From positions 1-61,059 of IMG/VR virus record IMGVR_UViG_3300023247_000001: a stretch of DNA of 61,059 bases; one strand, 5' to 3'. Source of the stretch: a virus. The stretch's first letter is position 1. Every line of letters begins with the position of its first letter. Made by a program: the position numbers and the translations under genes. Of the stretch, positions 16,664 through 26,114 are shown one piece after another. The notes below the pieces were generated by a model, which saw only the letters and a list, made by a program, of their open reading frames with translations, was not told the origin of the DNA and made no database searches.

Positions 16664-17874
16664 TGGACAACCAGAATGCACTGCAAGTTCAGGACACTGA
16701 CAAACTGGCCGAGTACCAAGAGCAAAGCATTTCCATGGTGCAGCAGCGGGAAAAGGCCAAGATCGAATCCCGCTACATCATGGCTTTGCGTCAACCGCGT
16801 GACCTTGAAGTGGTTCGCCAGAAGATGTTGCGTGAATGCAGCCGGCCATCTTTCTGTGCTCCTGACATGAGCAAGAACGGGTCGAGCGTCGCGATCTATC
16901 GTGTCCCGCGCGGCGGAAGCAAAATCGAAGGCGTTACTATCCGTTTTGCTGAGATGGCAAAGCGCTGCTACGGTCACATCTTCGTCGAAGTAACTCCGTT
17001 GGGCGAGGATGAGACGCAGCAGATTTACCAAGTCGAGGCAACCGACTATCAGAACAACGACGGCGGCAGTGAGATCGTGATTGTCCCGAAGCGCATCGAG
17101 CGCAGTTTTGCGAAAGACTCTGATGTGGTGTTGGGACGTCGTGAAAACAGCCAAGGCAAGACCACATTCACTATCGTCCCGACCGATGATGACCTTCAGG
17201 TAAAGCGCAACGCGCTCAACTCCAAGGCCCGGCGCAACGTCATCATGCAGTGCATCGATGGCTGGCTGGTCGAAGAGTGCAAAGCTAAGATTCGCGAGAC
17301 GGCGGCGGCGAAAGATGCAGAGAACCCCGGCGCGGCCAAGACGGCCATCTTCGACGCGTTCGCATCCATCGGAGTAACAGCAGCACAACTCAATGAGTAC
17401 ATCGGGCACGCAGGAGATTTGAGTCCTGCCGAGCTTGACGAGATGCGCAGCTTCTTCGGCGGCATCCAGCAGGGTTACACCACATGGGCAGAGATCGCGG
17501 CCAGCAAGGGCGAAGGCAAGGACGAAGGTTCAGCAGATCGCATCGAAGCGCTAGTGAAGGAACTGGAATACACGCCGGCTCAGGCCAGGACGAAGAAGGC
17601 GAAGTACGCAGGGCGCCCGAAAGAGTTGATCGAGTGGCTTGAGGGTGAAGTTGCCAAGAAGCGCAACGACGGAGGTTCTCACTCTGCCAAGAACGCAACG
17701 GCGCAGCAAGTAGAAGACCACAAGGAACCCAAGCCGGAAGCGAAGACCACTCACCGCGAGTCGGCAGAACCGGAGCCACAGCAGGACGCAAAGCAGTCGA
17801 GTCCTGTCGAGCAAGAGAAGCCAGCCGAGACGAAGAAGAGCGCGCCGGCCGCTCCGTCATTCGAGAACTGGTAA
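16663..17874 (+). CDS. Possible recombination-associated (ssDNA-annealing?) protein with Lys/Glu-rich tail
   Basis: Frame of ORF 16549..17874; GTG at 16663 overlaps the upstream TAG; lies next to a Cas4-like nuclease. The function is inferred from context only. Confidence 0.35.
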   Translation: MDNQNALQVQDTDKLAEYQEQSISMVQQREKAKIESRYIMALRQPRDLEVVRQKMLRECSRPSFCAPDMSKNGSSVAIYRVPRGGSKIEGVTIRFAEMAKRCYGHIFVEVTPLGEDETQQIYQVEATDYQNNDGGSEIVIVPKRIERSFAKDSDVVLGRRENSQGKTTFTIVPTDDDLQVKRNALNSKARRNVIMQCIDGWLVEECKAKIRETAAAKDAENPGAAKTAIFDAFASIGVTAAQLNEYIGHAGDLSPAELDEMRSFFGGIQQGYTTWAEIAASKGEGKDEGSADRIEALVKELEYTPAQARTKKAKYAGRPKELIEWLEGEVAKKRNDGGSHSAKNATAQQVEDHKEPKPEAKTTHRESAEPEPQQDAKQSSPVEQEKPAETKKSAPAAPSFENW

Positions 17875-18004
17875 TCAAGTTTCGGCCATCCCCTCTTGGG
17901 TAAGCTGGCCGGAAGGTGCGCGGGTGCATACTGGGCTCCATATCCGCAAGGGTGTACGCTCCCGGCCCGCGCACCATAACTTCAGGACACAGAAAGGAAA
18001 AGGT

Positions 18005-18208
18005 ATGCAAGGTCAAGTGATTTGGTTCAATTCGGTGCGCGGATACGGTTTCATCCAACGTCACGATGGAGAGAAAGACCTCTTCGTCCACTACTCAGCC
18101 ATCCAACAGGACGGCTACAAGAAGCTCACAGAAGGCCAGCGAGTTACCTTTGAAGTCGAGCAGGGTCCGAACGGCTTGCAAGCTGCCAACGTCACAGTGG
18201 AGGGATAG
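18005..18208 (+). CDS. Cold-shock protein (CspA family)
   Basis: [33 protein letters not shown] contains RNP1/RNP2-like motifs; GGAAAAGG RBS. Confidence 0.9.
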   Translation: MQGQVIWFNSVRGYGFIQRHDGEKDLFVHYSAIQQDGYKKLTEGQRVTFEVEQGPNGLQAANVTVEG

Positions 18209-18209
18209 C

Positions 18210-19526
18210 ATGAACGTCCCTGCGCTGCGCCAAAGCATTTATGAATCGATGGGGTGCGAGTCAGGCTATCGGCTCGTACACATCGACGGAGTGCGGTTCC
18301 CTGATACTGAGCCAGGGGACCGCGGTACCGATGTCCACGCGATTCATGCAGCCTACGCTGAGCATTGCGCAAAGAAGCACATTCCGGCGGACTTTGTGTA
18401 TCTTGACTCCCTTTGCAAAGCGGCCGGAGAAGAAGTGGCTCAGATCATGGAAACCAGCCGCGACAGCATGAGCATTGATTGGGCAAACTTCTTCGCGGCA
18501 GAGATCAGTTTCGGGCTCGGAGAGGATTTCAGCCCAACATTTAGTTATGACCATGACGGGCGCGTAGTAGATATGAGTCCTGTATGGGATGGTAACGACT
18601 TCGTAGACAGGTTCCTCAAAGAGCCCATGTGCTGCGGAATCATGGACGCAATCTACATCATGCCGGGCGGCAAAGTAGCTAGCATCGTCGATCTGAAGTC
18701 CCATCCTCGCCCGTTTGCTGCTGACACATTTCAAGGCAAGCTCTATAGCCTTGCTCTCATGATGCACATGCCCGAGCTACAGGAGGTTGAGTTTGGTCTC
18801 CGGTTCGTGCGTTATGCGAATCTGGTCAAGACTCAGAAGTACTTCCGCTCCGATGTGCCGGCACTGATGGACGAGGTTCGCCGGGTTCGTGCGCGCCAGG
18901 TTGCCATCCATGAGAAGGTGGCCAATCTCGAACCGCTCAGGACCCACGGCGGCAAGCAATGCACCTATTGCCCTTGCATGTTGGACCCACTGACCTACAA
19001 GTGCCCCACGATGCCTCTGAATCCGTATCTCAACCGCAAGCCAGACGAATGGCTTAGCGTCAAACTTGCAGCACAACAAACCATCGCATCGGCTGACAGG
19101 ATTCTGAAGGAGATGGTGGACGCGACAGGACTCGAAATCTACTCACAGGATGCCAACGGCAAAGTCTACAAGTACGGTCCGAAGCCATCCGAAGAAACTA
19201 TCGCTCCGCTGTTTGTTCAGGACCCGGATGGAGGTTTCAAGATGCCGATTCTGGACGCTTTGACTGACTGGTTCAACGCTAACCCGAAAGACCTCATTCC
19301 TCGCAAGGGAAGCCAGCCATGGTGCTGCAATCTGCGCATTGGATGGTCGCAGCTCAAGAGTTACATCAAAGCGAACAAGCGCGAGTTGATCCACAACAGG
19401 ATTAAAGACCTCGTAACCGTCAAGACAACCGTAGAGTACGGGATCACCAAAGAGCCAGAAGTCGATGACGGAGTGGAAGAGAAGAAACCTTGGGACGCTT
19501 CGGGTCCTGATGAGTTGGAGTTCTAA
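18210..19526 (+). CDS. PD-(D/E)XK nuclease, Cas4/RecB-like
   Basis: GIMDAIY...IVDLKS core and C-terminal cysteines CTYCPC...C; internal ATG of ORF 18066..19526. Confidence 0.65.
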   Translation: MNVPALRQSIYESMGCESGYRLVHIDGVRFPDTEPGDRGTDVHAIHAAYAEHCAKKHIPADFVYLDSLCKAAGEEVAQIMETSRDSMSIDWANFFAAEISFGLGEDFSPTFSYDHDGRVVDMSPVWDGNDFVDRFLKEPMCCGIMDAIYIMPGGKVASIVDLKSHPRPFAADTFQGKLYSLALMMHMPELQEVEFGLRFVRYANLVKTQKYFRSDVPALMDEVRRVRARQVAIHEKVANLEPLRTHGGKQCTYCPCMLDPLTYKCPTMPLNPYLNRKPDEWLSVKLAAQQTIASADRILKEMVDATGLEIYSQDANGKVYKYGPKPSEETIAPLFVQDPDGGFKMPILDALTDWFNANPKDLIPRKGSQPWCCNLRIGWSQLKSYIKANKRELIHNRIKDLVTVKTTVEYGITKEPEVDDGVEEKKPWDASGPDELEF

Positions 19527-19628
19527 CAGTTCGCGCGGGCAAATCGGTACGCCCAGACTAGGGAAAATGGGGCCGCGTGGAACCCTACCACAGCCCGCGC
19601 GATTCAACCTTTCAGAAAGGGAACGACA

Positions 19629-21551
19629 ATGAAACTCAGCACCATCCATCTTGAAGACTTTGGCCCATACGTGGACCAAACCGTCAATTTTGATCAGCCC
19701 CTCAACGTCATTCGCGGTGATCTTGCACAGGGCAAGACGAAGCTCTCGCAAGCCATCCAACTCAGCTTTGCAAGAATCTGCGATGGCATCGACAGCAAAG
19801 GCTCCGGCTTCCGCGACAAGATCCGTCTCGGGGAAGACAAGGCCATCATCACCGCCGGGCTGGAAACTGCGCAGGGAGCCATCCAAATCAGGACCACCTA
19901 CGGACCCGGCAAGAGGGGACGCGACTCTGTTGTGATTGCAGGAGAGGGCAGCAACTCGGTGAATCTTGCAGCCGGCTTCGAGCAGTACCTACAGCGTAGT
20001 GAGGAGCGGTTCTCTTGTGTCCTGGACTCGGAATACTTCACGCGTCCCGGCACAGATCAGCGCGCCATCCTCGCATCGCTGGTGTTGCCAACGCATCACG
20101 ACTTTGACGCGAAGATGGTCGCATTGGTCGAGAAGCATCTCGGCAAGGTCATCGACTGGAATGCGAGTCCTGTTGCCGTCATCGACAAGGTGTTTGGCGA
20201 CAAGAGCAGCGGAGTCTACAACGCCAGGACGCAAGCCAAGGCGGCTCTCGGGGCCATCTACATCCCACAGAAGCCGGTCCAGCCTCAGTATCCTGCCGAG
20301 TTGGTCCAGCAGAAGCTCTTGGCTCTCCGCGAGAAGGCATCGCAGGAAGCGAAGAAGGTCAAGCGCTCTGGCACAGCGCAGACCGGTCGGCTCGAACGGG
20401 AACTTGAGCAGGTAGCGGAAAAACTCAGCGCGGCATTCTCTGAGCGCACGGCGGCGATTGCCAAGCGTGGCGAGATTGAGTCCGAGATGGTGGACGGCGC
20501 GGCGCTTGCCAGTCTCAAGCAGATTGCCGGCCAGCGCTCAGCCTTCGCCACTCTCCAGACGGCCATCGATGCGCTTTCTGGCGATATTCAAGGGATGAAA
20601 GATGTCCAAGCAATCTTTGAGGGCCTTCGCAGCAATTGCCGGTGCCCGACATGCGGTCAAGGAATCACGCATGAGTTCATCAATGCAGAAATTGCCGAGA
20701 ATAAAGGGCGCGAACTGGAGTTGAATGAGAGCCGTGCGCAACTCACCCAGCAGCAGAAAGCGCTTGGCGACATCAAGGCGGCCGAGGAAGCCATCCAGAA
20801 GCAGGAGAAGTCTGTCGCGGCGAAGCTGGAGCAGGTCAAGAAGGTCACCGAAACCACCGAACGCATCGCCACACTGGAAAAGCAAAGCGGAGATGCCAAG
20901 GCCGCTTTGGAAACCGCCAAGGCTTCCGAGTCCGAGCCGGTCGATACGACAGCAATCGATGCCGTCAATACCGAAATTAGCGAGTGGGAAGCGCGGCTGG
21001 CGCCGGCAGTCCAGTACGAGTCAACGCTGAAGCAGATCGAGACGGCTACAAAGCAATGGCAGGACAAAAAGAACGACGTGGACGAGTTGGAAACACTCTG
21101 CGAGCACTTTGGCCCCAAAGGCATCAAGGCCACTCTTCTGCAGAAGCACATCGGCGGGTTCAATGAGTCTGTGAATCGTGTCCTGAACTGGTGGGGATAC
21201 TCGGCAACGCTATCTTTCGAGCCCTACAGTTTCGACGTGGTGACGCCTGAGACTACACCAAAGACCTTGCCGGTCAAGGAACTGAGTGGTTCTGAGTTGT
21301 TCCGGTTCCTAGTGGCCCTCCAGTGCGCAATCGCCGTCTATTCCAAGATCAAGATGGTCCTGATCGACAAAGCAGACATTCTGATCGATTCGCACCGCGG
21401 CAAGCTCTTCGCCGGGGTCAAGCACCTGCTCGATACTGGGCTACTGGAGAAGGCTTTCATTTTTGTCGCTGACAAGCGGCGTGAGGCTCCGAAGCAAGAG
21501 GGAGTCGGGTTCTACCTGGTGGAGAAAGGAAAGGTCGAACGCCTCTCATGA
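19629..21551 (+). CDS. SMC/Rad50/SbcC-like ATPase
   Basis: N-terminal P-loop GDLAQGKTK, long coiled coil with a CPTCGQ hook-like motif, C-terminal ABC signature region. Confidence 0.7.
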   Translation: MKLSTIHLEDFGPYVDQTVNFDQPLNVIRGDLAQGKTKLSQAIQLSFARICDGIDSKGSGFRDKIRLGEDKAIITAGLETAQGAIQIRTTYGPGKRGRDSVVIAGEGSNSVNLAAGFEQYLQRSEERFSCVLDSEYFTRPGTDQRAILASLVLPTHHDFDAKMVALVEKHLGKVIDWNASPVAVIDKVFGDKSSGVYNARTQAKAALGAIYIPQKPVQPQYPAELVQQKLLALREKASQEAKKVKRSGTAQTGRLERELEQVAEKLSAAFSERTAAIAKRGEIESEMVDGAALASLKQIAGQRSAFATLQTAIDALSGDIQGMKDVQAIFEGLRSNCRCPTCGQGITHEFINAEIAENKGRELELNESRAQLTQQQKALGDIKAAEEAIQKQEKSVAAKLEQVKKVTETTERIATLEKQSGDAKAALETAKASESEPVDTTAIDAVNTEISEWEARLAPAVQYESTLKQIETATKQWQDKKNDVDELETLCEHFGPKGIKATLLQKHIGGFNESVNRVLNWWGYSATLSFEPYSFDVVTPETTPKTLPVKELSGSELFRFLVALQCAIAVYSKIKMVLIDKADILIDSHRGKLFAGVKHLLDTGLLEKAFIFVADKRREAPKQEGVGFYLVEKGKVERLS

Positions 21552-22075
21552 TCGACCTGAAGATGTATCAGAAGCGTGTCGCCCAGCTCTACAACGATGA
21601 GCGTAAGTGGTGGCGCAAGGAACTCGAAAAGCAAGCCACCAAGGCGGGATTCGTGCTTGATGTTGCCCTGGACGAAATCCTGCCCTACACGCAAGCGCAG
21701 TTCGGAAAGTGGCTCTGGACAAAGATTCAACTTGGGGTGATCCTTTGCCCCTACTGTGGCGCTCCGATAGACATCCTGAGCATGGAGTTAGACCACAAGA
21801 CTCCAAAACGGCGGCATGGTGGTCCTGAACTCAGTAACAAGCAGGTTATCTGCCGCAAGTGCAACGGTAGCAAAGGCGACTTCACGCACGAGGAGTATGT
21901 GGAGATCGTCAAGTTCATGCAAGGCCCTGGTGCCCCGTTCCGGCAGCGATTGGAAGGCGTGATGAGGAACGGCGGCATCGGGAATATGATGAGAAACTTC
22001 CCGCGCAAGCAGAAGCCTGACAAGAAACCCGCGAAGCAAGAGGCTATCTACTTCACCGAACTTGGGGGATTCTGA
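21548..22075 (+). CDS. HNH endonuclease
   Basis: CPYCG...LDHKTPKRRHGG...N...CRKCNGSKG; ATGA-coupled to the ATPase gene. Confidence 0.8.
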   Translation: MIDLKMYQKRVAQLYNDERKWWRKELEKQATKAGFVLDVALDEILPYTQAQFGKWLWTKIQLGVILCPYCGAPIDILSMELDHKTPKRRHGGPELSNKQVICRKCNGSKGDFTHEEYVEIVKFMQGPGAPFRQRLEGVMRNGGIGNMMRNFPRKQKPDKKPAKQEAIYFTELGGF

Positions 22076-22278
22076 TGACAATCGCTGTGACTGTTGATCG
22101 AAGATGGGGAGGATTCTACGCAGGACACGGATATGCGTTTCGTCTATGTCTTGGCTTCATCGCCATAGATTTCTTCCCCGACAGCATGGAGTTGATGCTC
22201 CACCAACTTTTAGACAACCGGAAAGAGGTGATTCATGGCAGCAAAAGTGCAACCGACGAAACTGACAACGTTCTTTGA
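22075..22278 (+). CDS. Hypothetical small protein
   Basis: 67-aa ORF; the start overlaps the HNH stop. Confidence 0.4.
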   Translation: MTIAVTVDRRWGGFYAGHGYAFRLCLGFIAIDFFPDSMELMLHQLLDNRKEVIHGSKSATDETDNVL

Positions 22279-22909
22279 GGGGCACCGTCGCAAAGCGTTC
22301 CTCGTCCAGTGGATTCAACATTGCAATCGTGCCGGAGTCTCAACGATCAAGCTAGACATGCGGCTCCCGTTGCTCGGACCGACGTTGATAGGGATGAATC
22401 AGGAGATAGGCGAACCATTCTCGCTGATGGCGAAGGTGGATTCCAAGACGGAGCGTTCAGCGATCAATGTCGAGATCGAAGGCATGACGCTGGACATCTT
22501 CTCAACCGACACCAGCAAAGACCACTGGGTATCGACAACCGGCGCCAAGCTCATGAAGCTGTATCTGGCAACAGTGGGCGAAGGCGAGAAGAAGGAAGTC
22601 AACCTGCACATGGCAATCTATGTCCCATTCACGAAAGAGATGATGGAATGGGCATCGATCCACTTGCACAAGGACTTCTACATCGAAACGGTGTACTCAA
22701 ACTCAGAATCGAAACTGGCATTCGCCACGGCAGATGAAACTGAGTTCGTGGATGAAGAAGCCGAGGACGAGAGTCCCGATGAGGACGGCGAAGAAGAGCC
22801 GGAACTTGACCCCGATGCCGAGCAGGACATTCCGTTCGAGACAGCGCCGGCAGGGAAATCAGGACCCAAACAACTGAAAGCCTACCACCTGAACCACAAC
22901 ACGGATTGA
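22235..22909 (+). CDS. Hypothetical protein with acidic tail containing DIPF (SSB-like tip?)
   Basis: 224 aa; AAGAGG RBS; C-terminal EDESPDEDGEEEPELDPDAEQDIPFE. Confidence 0.55.
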   Translation: MAAKVQPTKLTTFFEGHRRKAFLVQWIQHCNRAGVSTIKLDMRLPLLGPTLIGMNQEIGEPFSLMAKVDSKTERSAINVEIEGMTLDIFSTDTSKDHWVSTTGAKLMKLYLATVGEGEKKEVNLHMAIYVPFTKEMMEWASIHLHKDFYIETVYSNSESKLAFATADETEFVDEEAEDESPDEDGEEEPELDPDAEQDIPFETAPAGKSGPKQLKAYHLNHNTD

Positions 22910-22919
22910 AGGGAAAGAC

Positions 22920-23483
22920 ATGTCGAACGCAGTTCGTTTATACAAGCCCGATGGCACCAGTGCTGGTGTTTTCATGTGCTCTGTTTGTCGCACGGTACAT
23001 GCGACGGAGGATCAGGCCGACTGGTGCCACGGTGAGCGTCTATGCGCTTGCGGAAAGAAGATTCAGCAGGGATACTTCCAGAGCAAGTGCAATGAGTGCC
23101 AGGGTAAGGAGTGGCGCGAAAAAGAAGCGGTGAAGGAGGCCGAACGCTTCGAGAAAGCAACTAAGATCAAGGCTTCCGATTACGCCGGTGAGCATGTCTT
23201 CTGCGGCGATCGGTATTACGATTCCGTCGAGGATGCTGTCGACCAGTTTCTTGAAGGCCAGGAACCGGAGTATGTGTGGGCGTGTCAGGATTCGCATCTA
23301 CCAAAAGTTGACCTTGAGGATGTAACATGCAACCTTTTGGACAACATGTGGGACGATGCCGACACTTCGGATCTAAACGGCATCGAAGAACTCGAAGCGG
23401 CGCTGAAATCCTTCAATGAGGCCAACGAATCAGTCCAGATGTGGGAAGTGGACTACTCAAGGGCGATCTTGGTTCAGGACTAA
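22920..23483 (+). CDS. Hypothetical zinc-ribbon protein
   Basis: 187 aa; CSVC...CHGERLCAC...CNEC. Confidence 0.55.
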   Translation: MSNAVRLYKPDGTSAGVFMCSVCRTVHATEDQADWCHGERLCACGKKIQQGYFQSKCNECQGKEWREKEAVKEAERFEKATKIKASDYAGEHVFCGDRYYDSVEDAVDQFLEGQEPEYVWACQDSHLPKVDLEDVTCNLLDNMWDDADTSDLNGIEELEAALKSFNEANESVQMWEVDYSRAILVQD

Positions 23484-23664
23484 AAAGAATCAAGACAGTC
23501 ACCTTGACAGACTCTCAACTGATTTTTCTTGACTCCCGAACTGGCGCGAATTACCTTTAATAAGTCCCGCGCGCCAGCAACGGACCTCACCCAGAGGGTT
23601 GCTCCTCTGGTCAGGGGGCGGTAGTCCTTCACTGCCGCTCCCGACCCCTTGAAGGAGGGATAGG

Positions 23665-23874
23665 ATGCCATTTCCTCAAGATTTTGACTCCCTACAGGCA
23701 GCAGGATACCGATTCGACAACCATGCGCGATGCCGTGGATGCAATGCTGAGGTCGAATGGTGGATCACGCCAAAGGGAAAGAAGATGCCCTTCAATCTCA
23801 TGGAAAAAGGTTCGAGTCCTGCCGTTGCTCACTTCGTTACATGCCCTGACCGCGACGAATTCAGGAGGGGATAG
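23665..23874 (+). CDS. Hypothetical small Cys protein
   Basis: 69 aa; GGAGGGATAGG upstream; CRGC...C. Confidence 0.55.
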   Translation: MPFPQDFDSLQAAGYRFDNHARCRGCNAEVEWWITPKGKKMPFNLMEKGSSPAVAHFVTCPDRDEFRRG

Positions 23875-24344
23875 TGACCGACTCCGAGCAAGAGAGAGCC
23901 ATCTACCTCGCCTATCCACGTCATGTGGCCCCGCGTGCAGCCCTGAAGGCTATTCAGAAGGCCACTGAACGACTGGTGAAGGATGGAGTCCTGCCAAGCC
24001 AGGAGACGGCGCGCCGGTTCCTCTGGAAGAAGGCCAGGGAGTACGCGCTGAGCCCGGCAGGCCAAAAGCCATCAGGACACGAAGACTTCCGCCCTCACCC
24101 TTCCACATTCTTCAATCAAGACCGCTTTATGGATGATCCTGCCGAGTGGCAGAAACCGAACGGAGCAAGCAATGGAAAGCAGACTGGTACGAAAGCAGAC
24201 AGGACAGTTGATGCAGTCAGAGCCGCTGTCTCCCAAGCAGCAGATCATAGTCGCCCTCGGGACACTGGCATTGATGAGGGGCGGAGAGTACAGCCAAGCG
24301 ACACTGACGGCCTTTTCGGAAGGACTATCGAAGGAACCGTTTGA
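23874..24344 (+). CDS. Conserved phage protein (AIYxxYPR...HPSTFxNQxRF type); the 3' tail is probably not the functional frame
   Basis: The N-terminal 100 aa resemble a family common in phage replication modules. The last ~170 nt overlap the next gene and have poorer third-position GC. Confidence 0.5.
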   Translation: MTDSEQERAIYLAYPRHVAPRAALKAIQKATERLVKDGVLPSQETARRFLWKKAREYALSPAGQKPSGHEDFRPHPSTFFNQDRFMDDPAEWQKPNGASNGKQTGTKADRTVDAVRAAVSQAADHSRPRDTGIDEGRRVQPSDTDGLFGRTIEGTV

Positions 24345-24693
24345 GGATGTGATTGCAACCATCCAGCGGATCTCGGAGAGCCCCCGTCGTGACCGGGAAA
24401 CCGCGTGTCCTGACTTCGGTACGCTTTTGGTGGCCATCCGGTCCATCCGGCACCCGCAAAGGCACCTGAGAGGCATTGTGGCGAAACTGGCGCGCATCTT
24501 TGGCGTGACGGCCGATGAGGAACTGCTCTCGCTGTACGAGGAGCGCGCCGGACACAGGACAGATCAGGACATGGATACGGCTTATCGAGTTCTGAGCCAG
24601 GATGAAACGCTGAAGAGGATGCCCACGCCAGCGCAGTTCTTGGCCGCTTGCGGGGTTCCGAAGATCTACCGGGGCGGGACGAGGCCGGAATGA
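24172..24693 (+). CDS. Hypothetical replication-module protein (possible helicase loader/organizer)
   Basis: Frame of ORF 24133..24693; good third-position GC from about 24172; ATGA-coupled to the methyltransferase gene. Confidence 0.5.
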   Translation: MESRLVRKQTGQLMQSEPLSPKQQIIVALGTLALMRGGEYSQATLTAFSEGLSKEPFEDVIATIQRISESPRRDRETACPDFGTLLVAIRSIRHPQRHLRGIVAKLARIFGVTADEELLSLYEERAGHRTDQDMDTAYRVLSQDETLKRMPTPAQFLAACGVPKIYRGGTRPE

Positions 24694-26114
24694 GGTATCT
24701 CTCCCTGTTCAGCGGCCTTGAGGGTGCAACCCTTGCTTGGCATCATCTCGGAGAGTGCGCCGCAGTCTCTGAGATTGAACCGGCGGCGTGCGCGGTACTT
24801 GCTGCTCACTATCCCGATGTTCCGAACCTCGGCGACATATCCAAGGTCACAGAACAGCAGATTCAGGACCTCGGACACATCGACATAGTGGTGTTCGGAA
24901 GCCCATGCCAGGACGTATCAATCGCCGGCAAACGCGAAGGAATGGAAGGATCACGCAGTGGACTTTTCTTTACAGCAATGCGAGTTGTTCGGTGGTCAGG
25001 AGCAAGATTCGCTCTCTGGGAAAACGTCCCTGGAGTCTTCAGTGACCACAAAGGACGAGGCTTTGCTTCTGTGGTTGGAGAGATGGCAGGGGTACACGTT
25101 GACGTACCGAAAAGTGGATGGAGAAACTCCGGTTTTCTCCTCGGGACAGACGCCCTTGTCGAGTGGGCAGTTTTGGATGCGCAATTCTTCGGAGTTCCGC
25201 AGCGGCGCCGTCGCGTCTTCGCTCTCAGAGATTCTGGAGACTGGGCCAGTAGACCGCCGATACTTCTTGAGCCCGAAAGCCTGCAAGGGCATCCTGCGCC
25301 GCGCCGCGAATCGGGGCAAGTCGCTCCCACCATCCCTGCGCGAAGCCTTGGAGGCGGTGGCCTTGGATCAGACTTCGACTGCGACGGGGGGGCAATTAGC
25401 GTTGGATGGGGGGGCAATAACACATCAGGACCCATCGAAGTAGCAACTGCGTGCAATGCTCACGGCGGATCGGGACGCATGGATTTTGAGAGCGAAACAC
25501 TGGTGACCGCGCCGATTACTGGACGCCCTTATGCGGATCGTGGCGCGGAAGAATACGGCCTCATTGTTGGTGCATTGACTCAAGGTGCGCACCCCGGCGG
25601 TTATAACGGACAGGACGCATACTCTGGGCACCTTGTCACGCATTCTCTTTCCGCCGATGGCTTCGACGCCAGCGAGGATGGAACGGGGAGGGGAACGCCG
25701 CTTGTGCCTTGCTGCATAACCGGAGACAAGACGCACACTTTGGATTCGTTTAGCTCAGGAAGGGCGACAGAGGACTCAACAGGAAGAGGATGCCCTATTG
25801 TTGCTTTTGACTGCAAAGCATCAGGCCGCAATGGATTCGGAATTGGCGAACAGTCTCCCACTTTGCGCAGTATGGGCCACAAGGACACGCACCAGAACGC
25901 CGGCGGGCAGGTTGCCGTTCTTTCACGCATGGCTGTGCGCCGACTTACTCCGCGAGAGTGCGAAAGATTGCAGGGAGTCCCAGATGGATTTACTTTGGTA
26001 TCGCGCAATGGTAAGCCGATGGCAGACGGGCCGCGCTACAAGATGCTCGGGAACGGCTTCGCTGTGCCGGTTGTGCGGTGGATAGGCGAGAGACTCGCAA
26101 AGGCGGTCAAGTGA
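24690..26114 (+). CDS. DNA (cytosine-5) methyltransferase with long target-recognition region
   Basis: FSGLEG (motif I), GSPCQDVS (IV), ENVPG (VI), QRRRRVF (VIII), GNGFAVPV (X); about 240 aa between motifs VIII and IX. Confidence 0.9.
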   Translation: MRYLSLFSGLEGATLAWHHLGECAAVSEIEPAACAVLAAHYPDVPNLGDISKVTEQQIQDLGHIDIVVFGSPCQDVSIAGKREGMEGSRSGLFFTAMRVVRWSGARFALWENVPGVFSDHKGRGFASVVGEMAGVHVDVPKSGWRNSGFLLGTDALVEWAVLDAQFFGVPQRRRRVFALRDSGDWASRPPILLEPESLQGHPAPRRESGQVAPTIPARSLGGGGLGSDFDCDGGAISVGWGGNNTSGPIEVATACNAHGGSGRMDFESETLVTAPITGRPYADRGAEEYGLIVGALTQGAHPGGYNGQDAYSGHLVTHSLSADGFDASEDGTGRGTPLVPCCITGDKTHTLDSFSSGRATEDSTGRGCPIVAFDCKASGRNGFGIGEQSPTLRSMGHKDTHQNAGGQVAVLSRMAVRRLTPRECERLQGVPDGFTLVSRNGKPMADGPRYKMLGNGFAVPVVRWIGERLAKAVK

